A stretch of DNA of 64,000 nucleotides. It comes from Harriotta raleighana. Lineage: Eukaryota. The notes beneath the pieces are model-generated. The model had not been told where the DNA came from. It saw only the letters and a program-made list of their open reading frames with translations, and did no database searches. Shown one piece after another: positions 27,601 to 39,600 of this stretch (position 1 is the stretch's first letter; every line of letters starts with the position of its first letter). The stretch is from assembly GCA_050575255.1 (NCBI GenBank), contig JBNZDD010013714.1, positions 2,545,044-2,609,043 of the forward strand, written 5' to 3'. Both the position numbers and the translations under genes were made by a program.

Positions 27601-30600
27601 ATTTCTAACAGGCAGTAATATTTCTAACATTCAAAAATCAATGTGCATCGAAGCGAATAGAATTTGTTTTGATAAGCAGCTTCCTACGTGGCAGAAAAAA
27701 ACAATGGCTTAGTGTTTCTGTGATTGTTGGTGATTCAGCAAGCACCAGCCAGGGTGGGATGCCTTACAGTCAAGCAGGAAATTACTTTGTCTGCTTACTC
27801 CAATGATGTGTGTGTGTATATATGTATGTGTGTACTTGGGGGCTGGGGGAGGGATTAGGGTAAGTGGGCTTTTTTTTTTAACTTGAAAGATGCTGAGGCA
27901 GTGACTTTCTAAATAATAATCCTTACATTTAATAGAGTGCCTTCCATATCTTCTAGACGTCTCCAAGCACTTCACAGAATATACTGTAAAGTGAATTGAC
28001 TATATTTCTGGGCGAAATGCGGTAGCCAATTGCGCACATCAGTGTCCCACAAACAGTCCTGGATTGAAATGACCAATCTTTTTTTATTATTGTTTTTTTT
28101 TGAGGGATTATTATTAGGCGTGTGGAGTAAGGAAACTTGCTCACGGTTTTGCACTGCCTGGATTTGAACAGAGGTCTCACGCTTGTAGGGCGAGTGTTCT
28201 AACCACTGAGCGACAGGACTCCACATAATTTATTGCTGTGTACATCAGGCATTTTAGTTCTGGTCTTGTAAAAAGTTCCGGTCTTCTAAGTTTAAAAAAA
28301 AAGCAATGAGTAATATGCCCGGATATGAAAGCTGCCTTGTTTCTCTCTGCCCGCAGCCCCAAAAATGTGCCATCATCACTGAGTAAGACAAATGTGCACG
28401 GTGCCATGGATTCAGAGGAGAAAGCGGGCAAGAGAGAAAAAAACGTTCTCAGGTACGTTTGGGCCAAGGGTGGATCAGAGTTGTTGTTTTTTATTCCCAG
28501 CATTTAAAGTCCTCGTAACCTATTGTTCACCGAAGCGCTGGACACGAGAAGGCAAGATGGGAAATGGAGATTGGTTGACACAAAACCTCAGCTAACAGTG
28601 CCCAAGTGTTGAGAGCTTGCTACATGTATCCTCGCTCTTACTCTCCCAAGGCACACTTCCTCGCTCATGAGAGAGCTGCCCATGCGACAATGGCCGCTGG
28701 TAATTGCATCTCCCGTCCTCCACTGCTGGGGAATTGCTTTCCTGTTATCCAGGATGGAAACTTACCATTGCAAAGAGGTAGCGAGGAGCTGAGTATCACT
28801 GCACGACAGCTGACCCTGTTGTCCGAAAGCAATTTCAAAACCTTTCGACGTCACGAGTCGCCACATTGCAATCACCGTCGCGTTTCATTAAGGCTTTTGT
28901 CTTCGGCCTTGTGAATTGGATATTATAAAGCCATACGTCCCTCGGCACATCGGTTGACTTGGTACCTGTAAAGAGTATTGAATGTCTAACATGTCTGTTC
29001 TGAAACCACTCTTTCCCCCCAGGGATAGGGATAAGCCAATTCTGAGGAAATATGAGTAAGTATGTGGAGAGAAGATTTTGGTTGCGTGTGCTGATCTGTG
29101 TTGTTTTCTGGTCTGCTGAAGGGTGTAAAGTATGTAGGCTATTCTATTATAGGCACGTCACAGGGTCAGGAGTGAGGATATCAGGGACATTAAAACAGAT
29201 TCTGTTTGTTAATGGGATAATAAACATTTTTATTGATGACAAAATCAGGTCGTTGCCTCCTGGCTACAGCTGGTTCAACCCAGCTCAGTCGGTAGCACTT
29301 TTGTCTCTGAATCAGAAGGTGGTGGGTTTAAGTAGTAACACATCAGGAATTTCAGCTCATAGTCTAGGCTCTAGTGATATCAGAGTCTAAGCTAACACTC
29401 CGACGGGGGAGCCCAGCATTGTTCGATGATGATATGTGCAATTCCGTCTGTGTCTGTTCAGGTGGTCGTTCGATGTCCTGTGGCAGCATTTGAAAAGGAA
29501 AGAGAGTTTCCACCAGTGGCCTGACCAACAATCCCCCAGTTAAAATTCATCATTTGCTTAGTGGGTACTTTGCTGTGCACAAACTGGCTGCCGCATTCCC
29601 GTACAAATGCTCAGTCACTGCACTTCCAACGTAAATCCTGGTGCTTTTGAGAAATTTCGATAACATGATAAAGGCATCAACAATTTCAAATAGGGCAATA
29701 TCATTATAATATCAAACGCAAGGGATGGATATTATGATAGATGTACGTCGCAAGACAAATAATCTTCAACAAAACTTTGAATAGAGAGATTCCATTCAAA
29801 AAATTTAGTTCCTATTGACATTCTCAATTAGCAAATTTAAAAAAAGTAGACAATGACTTGCTAAATTGTAATCTAATTATCAAACTAAGGTTTAGTTGTC
29901 ATTTGATACGGTAACTAAAGGAACTGCCTGCTTTTGACAGGCTAATTGTAGAGTGATGACAGGCCTATAATAAGTAGAGCATTGGAATGATGTGCTTACA
30001 TTGGTGGCAGGGACCTGATGTGGGAGTGAGTTATCTGCAACTTCCTTTTTTTTTGCCAGTAATTGCTTGAAATTGCCTTGTTTCTGGAAGCCATCCGATG
30101 TGTTCTTTTTTTCTATGGATCTGACCCAATTGCATGCCACAGTTTGCTGGAAATTGGGTAGGGGCTGGGCGAGGGCTATGTGGTGTGATGGAGTTGATAG
30201 TTAAACCTGAGCTTTGATATCAAGTGCTATTGTTTTGGGCTGGGACGTCCGTGTGAAACAATTTTATTTCCATGGCTGCATGTTTGATTGGTGCTTGGTG
30301 TGGACTATAATTTGGGTGAATTTCCCCTTCGCCCCCGCCCCCCCCCCCCCCTCGCCATGTATCCCGAGCTGCTGTGCTGGGATATGGTTGCTTCCTGGAG
30401 GTATAACCCTGAATTATTTGTCCCCTGATCTTTCAGGAATCACTTTCTAAAAAGCCTGGCTGCAGCCACCCAGAAGGAAATCAACTCGAATGCAGCCACG
30501 CATCAATTCACACCAGAAACCAAATGCTGTCCAGAAATCACCACCAGCCTAGCAGCTCAGAAACTCCCTGATGGTAAACTCTTCCTCTACCTTCTTACAT

Positions 30601-33600
30601 TTACTATTGGTTTGATCACAAATCTCTCCCTGATTCCTGTTGATGACACTCGTTAACATTTAAAAAATATATATATCATTTTTTATTCACGATTAATGAT
30701 AATAATAATCCTAATATGTGAAAGAACACACCTTATCACGTTATCGCAACGTCTCAAAATACTTCACAGGATATTCTATGAAGTGGATTGATTTGTATAT
30801 TTAGTGGGCGAAACGCAGCAGCCAATTATACATCCAATGTCCTCAAAAACAGTTGTGGATTGAGTGACCAATTTTGGAAATGCCCACTTTATCCAGAGGT
30901 TTGTTGGCCAGGATACTGGGAGAGGAATTCCCTTCCAGCTTCAAGTAGTACTTTGGGACCTGGATGCATAATCTGCGTTAGAAATGGACTGATAATATCT
31001 GCAGCTGCTGCTTCAAGCCAAGAGAGCGTGAGCTGATTCAGAAAAGGCCACATACGCGCAGGGGAGGTGAAGCGAAGGGGAAGCTATAGGATCCTCTGTA
31101 TTCCTTATCAGTTGAGTGAAAACAAAGAGAAAACATGATCTTCTGTTAACACTTGGATTTTTGTAATAGCATCTCTTTGTTTAACTTTGCATTACAAAGC
31201 AGAAGAATGTGAACGTGTAACGAACGAATGTGAACAAATGTGAGAATCGTCCTTGTAGATCTCCTCCTTGCTATTTTATATTTATGTTCCCCCCAATCCT
31301 AGTTTTATACTCTTCAAGCAGTGGGAAAGCTTGCCAAACTCATCAGAGTCATCAATTGCGAGCTGTGCAATTTTAGCTGGTTAGACTCCAGCAATTTCCC
31401 CAATTGCTCTGGGATCCCCCAAACCTTGGCTCTTATCTAATATTTCCGGGAATAGGTAAGCAGGATGCGTCCCTCCAGGGAGAGAGAGCATATCCCATTC
31501 CAACAATCTATCTCTGGGATTTCCATGTGTAGTTGGGATGCATGGAATTCTCAGTTTGGTTTGAAGACTCTTAACCCTGCTGATGGGTTTCCACGGGTGT
31601 CCAGACTGACCAAAACAAAATACCTGCTTAGCTTTGCTTTTTCACAACACTGTCTCCAGACTTGTCTGTAAGATTGGCTCTTTCTTTTCAAGTAACAAAC
31701 TGCAAACGCCAAAACGTTATGTGCTTTTTCTTGGTCTCCTCTTTCTTCCTCTCTTAAAGGCAGCAACTCTGTGGCTCCTGGTTCCACAGTGACTGATGGA
31801 CTCGTGGTGCAATATAGTTCCCGTTTAGATAGAGCCTTCCTCACTGGGCGGATGTCTCAAAGCACTTCACACAGCTGGCTGGGTACCTGAGCCTGTATGT
31901 GTGGGGGAGGGGAGAAGAGGGGGATTAGCTGGAGAGAGGTGGGGGAAGGGGGAAAAAAATAACCAAAGATTCAGTCAAGAAGGTGAGTTTCAAGACGGAG
32001 CGACTCTGGAAAGGGCTATTAGAGAATGGGGGACAGAATAGCGGAAAGTTTTCCGTTGCAGTGGGGGGGGGGGGGGGGGGGGATGGGAAATAAAACTGAT
32101 GAATTGCGCAAGCCAATCTGACTTCTTTAGCAGCTATTTTCATAGCAATCATCGGTGAAATGAATCACGGTGGTGAGTTTACTTTGCAGCGTGGGAATCG
32201 CTGGGACTTTGCCAAGCTTTGATATGTTGGGTCTGTGTCTGTCTGTTGGCTGTGTGCTTCTGTGTCTGTTGTTGTTAACGTGGATCATGACTATTTCGGA
32301 AGGCGTTACCTGCTGATACAAAAAGGCCAATATTCTAACCCCGCTTTTTTCCTTGCAGTTGAGGTGCTGAGTGAGAAGGAACAACGGAATGAAGGTTTAA
32401 ATGAAAAAGACCCATGTTCGGCTTCCAGCAGCTCATCGGCCGGCAGCACGTTGGAGAGGGAAACGAGAGGAGACAGACAGGCGGGCGATAATGAGACAGG
32501 CAAGAAAGATTGGATCTTTTGAGTATCCCTTCATTTCCCCCAAGAGCAAACTGAAGGAACATCTACTAATAACAGAGGGGGGAATTATTGTGTGATAAAC
32601 AGTAAGAGACGAGACGACTCATAAATCGTTTGATTAAACAATTTGGGCTATTTTGTTTTCTCTCCAGAGCCAGCTTTCCTCCACGTTTTTGCGCCTGGCT
32701 GATAGAGAGAAGCATTGAAAACATTGTTTCCCCTTCTGAAAGTATCCAGAGACTTATCAATGTAATCAGAAAGAGCTCTGGATTGCTTTCAAGATTAACT
32801 GCAAAATTAGTTGCTACTCCCTTGCCTTGGGACAGTAAATTATGAGCAATTTGACAGTTTTGGGGGGGAAAAAAACACAACTACATGGGAGTTGTTTAGA
32901 TCTGAGGGTCATGCCTCTGAGAAGTGCAGAGAGAAAGAGAGAGAGAGACTTTTTTCTTACCCTATTTAGTTTCTCTTTGGGAAAGCTACACTTGTGTAGC
33001 AGATGCCAGAGACTCCAGTAATTCTGAGTCAGTCGCTGTGACGGGCAGAAACATTTCAGCTTGTGGAATTAACGATGGTAGCGTGTGGGAACTCGGGGGA
33101 CTGTCCCTGTCCCAACCCTGGTCACTATCAAAGTGAGCAGAGTAGGTGTTGGGTGTTGTAGTGTTTGTGTGTATGTGATGTGTGTGTGTTTAAAACTTAA
33201 GTGAACAGAGTAGATGGTGTGTGTGCGTGTGTGTGTGTGTAATGTGGCTCTTAATCTTAGTGAAAGTGACACTGGCAGATAGGGGGAAAGGGGGAGCCAG
33301 ATTGTGCAATTTATTAACTTTGTAATCTAACTTTGTGGGACGTCCTCCCGACCTGAAAGGCACTCCATAAATGTCATTTTGTTGCTGCTGTTGTGGTAGT
33401 TTTGTGGATTTTTTTTACAGGTTGTTTATTGAGGCATGGATTGCTTTCAAGACTAACTCATGCAAATCTCAAGTTGATCTCTTGTGTTCTGTTGGACTGC
33501 AGGTCGCAGTGTGCTTCGCCAGTCCAGCGTGGAGCAGTGCGCCGCTATCTCCACTGACAAGAGGTTCATGTTGGACATGTTGTACTCCAAAGGCAGCAGC

Positions 33601-36600
33601 TTCAGCGTGAGCAAAGACGAGCCGGCCGTCGAGAGCGCGGGCGAGAGGAAGCTGGCAGAAAACGCCTCCAGCGAGTCCACCGACCACCTGATCAAACGCT
33701 TCAATCGACAGCCCAGCCTCCAGAAAGAGGAGAGCCACAGGAAGCCCGACATTGAGAGCGTGCCGGGCAGTGTCAAGGCCACTGTGGGCAGATTTGCTGA
33801 ATCTCCCGTGAAGGCCTTGAAAGAGCAGTTCAGCATCGACACCGAACTCAACGAGAAGAACCTGGAGAAGACTACCATTGTGACCCCACTAAAGAAGGAG
33901 TACGAGAACATGTGGGATCAGCTGGAAACCAGCCCGCGAGTGCTGAAGATCAAAGACTTGGACTTCACTGACCTTCGCGAGGAGGAGGATGTCGATGTGT
34001 TGGATGGTGACACCTTCCCGCCCAACGAGCTGATGGGACACAATTCAGCTCCGACACCCGGAGGCTCAGTGATCCCACCGCCTCCACCTCTTCCCCCACC
34101 ACTTCCCGGCTGCCCGCCACCACCCCCTCCTCCAGCCCCTCCGCTGCCTTTTGGAAACCAGTCCGTTACCCCTCCCCCGCCACCTCCTCCCCCACCGCCA
34201 CCCCCTCCCCCAGCTCACGGTTCTCGCCAGCTAGGAGCTGAGTCAGGCTTCCCGAAGAAGAGGAAGACAGTCAAGCTGTTCTGGAAGGAGCTGAAGCAGT
34301 CCGAGGGCCCCTTCAAGAGTTGCAAATTTGGTCGTGGGACAGTTTGGGCTTCGCTTGATCAGGTGAAGGTGGACACGAGCAAACTGGAACACTTGTTTGA
34401 GTCTCGAGCTAAGGAGCTGCCAACCAAGGTAAGATGCCTGCTGAAGCCTTGGCTCCTACCATAACCTGCTGCCTAATGCTTTAGGGAATTAAGTAAGCAA
34501 CGTGCGTCTCCCTCCAGGGAGAGAATGCGCATATCATTCCAACAATCTATCTCTAGGATTCCCATGTTTGGTTGGGACTCATGCAATTCGCAGCTTGGTT
34601 TGGATGCTCGTAAGCATGGAAAGCTATTACTCTCGAAATTAAATTAGATGTTTTAACCCGTTTTTGATCCTGTGAGTATGTTATTTAAATTTATATTTTT
34701 TGATTTTAATATTACACATTTAAGAATGTACATGTATTTCAACTGAGGTTTTTTTTGAAAAACTTTGGACGAAAAATGTCCCAAAAAGTTTTAAAAGAAT
34801 CTAACTAACTCCTCTCCAACTCTCATTCCCCCTACCCCGACACCTCCCCCACTGCTCGAGCCCTGACCTAACTGTTCAGCACCTATAACGACCAAAGTGA
34901 AAGGCACTCTATAAATAAATTTTGTTGTTGTTGTTGTTCCAATTCCAGTTTCTACATTAATTCTTATGGGAAAAATGTGTTTGCTTATTGTTACTTCGCT
35001 TCAAGTCGCACTTTTCAAGTGCACAACTATGACACTAAGCGAGGTCTGTATTACTAATGAAAACCCCCGGATTCCTTTAGCTAGCAATTCGCATCATCAT
35101 GAGTGTGACTCATTTGGCTGTTTGTTACTGGAATCGCACAGAAAGGGTCAAAAAGCAAAGCCAGTCCAATGCAAATAAGGTATTGGTGTATTTTACGTTT
35201 CTGTGCAAGGGAATGTGATCAGAGCGGGGCAGAACTCAATTCCTGCCCAATGTTGGCCTATCCAGGGTCAATGTGAATAAGACAGAATTTCCCATGATAG
35301 CAACAGAGCAACAGCCTCAATGTATGTTTATCCCTAGTATTTCCTCCCTCCACCCTCACCCGCCCCCCCGCCCCCTTCCCCGTCGCCCCACAATCTGCTC
35401 ACCTTTGCTGGTATTGTGTATCTGAAAGAAAAAAGGCCCCTGTCAGTTTGGGAGAGAGACGAGTTGCCTGAGACTGGAGGGGGATTTCCGTTATTTTCCC
35501 CGCACATTAGCTCCCAGGCTGTTCTGATATGTTGCTTTCCTTTGAAGTTAACGGAGTCTCTCCTGGGTGCATGTCTGGCTGACATTCAAAGTGAAGATGA
35601 TGTTAGCATCAATTATAACTGGCAGGAGCCGAGGCTCGGGAACCCAGAGCGTATACATCAGGGTAACTGTTGGAGTCTAACCAGCTAAAACCGCATAGCT
35701 TGCTATTGATAGCACTGTCTGGCAAGCTTTCCCGATGCTTTTCCACCACAGACCACCCTACCCATTAGAGCTTTGGCTTGCAGGGTTAACGGGAGCAGAG
35801 TGGGAAGAGTGTCAAGAGTATTTGTGAAGCTCCTGTAGCTCAGTGGTTAGAGCCATCGCCTTACAAGCGTGAGATCTGTTTTCGAATCCAGGCAGATCAG
35901 GGCGAAACCTTGGACAAGTTTCCTTACTCCACATGCATAACAATAATCCCTCAAAAAACACAATAATAAAAATTGGTCATTTCAATTTCTCCCACAAATA
36001 TACAGTCAATTCGCTTTACAGTATATTCTGTGAAGCGGTTTGAGACGTTGATAAGATGTGAAAAGCGCTATTATCAAATGCAAGGATTATTATTATTATC
36101 AATGATCCAGGATCTCTTGGTTTATCATCTGCAAAGATACATGCTCTTAAATTTGCTCTATAACAAATGGGAGACTGAACACAGACTCTGAATTGCTGGT
36201 AGCTTCATTATATAAATGTTGTCTGAATCGTACCCAACAAACAGTAGGCAAACACTATTGAACTCACTTTCCAGAGCAAGATCTTTGCTACTTTACTTTG
36301 TTTTGGATCTTTGGGGAAATTAGATTCTATGACTTCTGGCCTCGAGTACGAGCGAGGAAATAATAAAATGCTGAAATAATCGCTCCCAAATGTTTTTAGT
36401 GTTTGTTTTGAAGGGGAACAAAATAACCCCAGCATAAGTATCGCTTGCAATGTTCTATTGTGTTTTATTTTTTGAAAAGATATACATATTTATTTAATTT
36501 GGCCAACTCAATTTGGAGGATAACCCAGAGAGGCTGCTGTAACTCTGGAGAGTTATACATAGCCTTGTAGTGACATTTACATGACAGAGTTGATCCCATT

Positions 36601-39600
36601 GAAGATCTGTATGACATGAAACTTGCTGGTTGTGGCAGAGACTATTTGGGGTCGAATGACTTGTATTCTTGATGTATCATTCCATGGAATGTATGAAGTG
36701 TATAAAGAGGCTGCCCTTCATTTTAAATGCATTGTATACTTCAGGACACATCCAACGATGCAGGTTTAGAATTACAAAGGGGCGATTTCAGGACAGATAC
36801 CAGGACGTTTTTTTCTTTATCTTGGAGGGTAGTTTTGACAATTAGTTAGGATAGGTTATCAGGAAAGATGATTCAGACCAGAGCAGTGGACTTGTTTAAA
36901 CAGCAGCTTGTTACAATGGTGTGAGGATAGCGGGTGTTGTGAAGGGATGGTATCGCATGGTACGAAGGGCCATCTTCATCTAAACTGATCTTGTCATCTT
37001 TGGAGAGAAACTCCAGTGGGATTTAGCTGGAAACGCGAATGGATATTTGGCATAAGTAGCAGCTCGCTGAAATTGAAAACTGGGGAAATGTGGTCTACTG
37101 CGTTTTCTCATTGAATCTTCCCAGGCTTAAAAAAAACCCTCCTAATCTGGTTGAACACAGGAAAATGGATTGAGCTCAGTTGCCCAAAATACATTTGTAC
37201 AGCGTTATTCACGTTGGGATGCCCCAAGGCGCTGGACAATCAGGGATTTGAACGCGATTGGGGGTGGAGGGTAGGGATGTNCCCTCCTAATCTGGTTGAA
37301 CAGAGGAAAATGGATTGAACTCAGTTGCCCAAAATACATTTGTACAGCGTTATTCACGTTGGGATGCCCCAAGGGGCTGGACAATCAGGGATTTGAACGC
37401 GATTGGGGGTGGAGGGTAGGGATGTGGGAGGGAGAAGGGTAGGGATGTGGGAGGGTGGAGGGTTGGGATGTGGGAGGATGGAGTGTAAGGATCTGCGAGG
37501 GTGGAGGGTAGGGATCTGGGAGAGTGGAGGGTTGGGATATGGGAGGGAGGAGGGTAGGGATCTGGGAGAGTGGAGGGTTGGGATATGGGAGGGAGGAGGG
37601 TGAGGGATCTGGGAGGATGGATGGCAGAGATGTGTGGCCACAGGTACGGTCAAAGAGGAGCTTGCTGCCGTACACCGCTTTTCCTAGGAAGAGAGAGAGA
37701 TGTTTCCACCCCTCTCTGCAGAACATTAGAGCTCCAAGTCCCGGTCACTCTTCCCATTCTTGTCCAAAATCTATTTGCCTAGGGATGGGCGAAGATGGAG
37801 AATGTAAGAGCAAACAGTTTGATGGCTACAGAAAGTGTCAGGGTGACCGGGTCGCTGCAGTGGTACAGAGCCAATTTGTTCTACGTTTAAGTACATGATG
37901 TCAATACAACTTTATATTGTGTTCCTGCAACAACAAACCAGCAGTATTTATGTAGTGCCCCTTGAGCAGGGCAGCTTCCCAGAGCGGAGCGCAACGCTGA
38001 AGTCGGGGACAGACGAGGGTGACTGGTAGACACGGTCGAAATGGAAGGCCTTCAGGTGTGCCCTGTAGATGGGGAAGGAATGGTCAAGGCAGAGGGATAG
38101 AGGATGGGTGTTCCAGAGTTTTGGGGCGCAGTGGCTGAGAGCACGGCCACCGCTGGTGGAAGGTGAGGGCACAAGGCTTACCATTGTCGGTGGCTTATCT
38201 TTCAGAAAGGAGCTGACGGGAAGCGCCAGGGAGTCATCGTGTTGGACTCAAAGAGGAGCAACGCCATCAACATCGGGCTGACTGTGCTGCCGGCCTTGCA
38301 CATCATCAAAAACGCCATCCTCAATTTCGACGAGTACGCGATCAACAAAGAGGGTATCGAGGTGAGGAAAGCCGAACCTGAGATAAATCTCACTCCGCAC
38401 CTAGCGGACGTCGGTTCTTTATTTTCTTACAATCCGCAGCCAAAGTAAACCGCTTCCAAAATAGAATCCAAACAAGAACTTCACAACACACACACACACA
38501 AGACTTTTAGCATTTTTTGCCATACCGCTAAGTAAGGCCACCAAAGTCTTCTGCGTCCGTTCAAATTGGTTGTATGAAAGAAAACAATAATCTTCACTGC
38601 CTTTGGTACAGCACCTTATCACATTATCGAGACATCTCAAAAGTGCTTCACAGTATATATGTGAAGTGTAGTGACTGTTATATATATTTTGTAAGTGAAT
38701 GCAGCAGCCAATTTGCATACAGCCATGACCACAAACAGGTTGTTGGCCAGGACAATGGGAAAAATAAACTCCCTTCTCTTATCAAGCATTGAACAGGCAG
38801 ATGGTATCTTGGTTTAATGTCTCGTCTGAAGGACAGCATCTTTGACAATGCCCACACCCCCAGTACCTCACTGGAATGTCAGCCTGGACTATACAGGTCC
38901 CAAGTCCCGATATCAGCCTGAACCAAAAGCCTTCTGACTCAGAGGCTATTAACTGAGCCAGGCTGAAACAGTGAGATCACAGGGAGCTCACACACTCTTG
39001 CAGTGGTGCACACAACCTGATGTGGGATGTGAAGAGCGATCTTTGAGCATCAACCAGTAAACCGATGGCAGTGTCGCTTCTCGTTCCATCGCGTAACCTT
39101 CCAACCTTTCAACAGAAAATCCTGAGCATGGTTCCAACGGACGAGGAGAAGCAGAAGATCCAGGAAGCTCAGCTGGCCAATCCCGATGTCCCTCTGGGCA
39201 CTGCTGAGCAGTTCCTGTTAACCTTGTCGTCCATCAACGGGCTGACAGCCAGACTCCAGCTGTGGGCCTTTAAATTGGATTATGAGGCCATGGAAAAGGT
39301 ACGAGAGACTAAGAGTACGAGTGATATTGTTACAAACTGCAGTGATCCTGTAGAATGTCCAGGAGTTAGTGGAATTTGGTATTGGTTTGGACTCTCCTGA
39401 AGCACACTGGCAATTCAGTGCGTAACGCCAAGTTGCAATTCTAGCCCAGATATCACTAACGAATGTACCTTTCACGCTGGTTTCAAATTCTATATTTAAT
39501 GTATGATTGCCTCCAAACTTGATTATGGTCCCACTTTTAAAATGGGCTCCAAGGTGAGGTTTGATTGAAGCTTTTTCTTTGTTTAAAAATGTTTTTTTTA

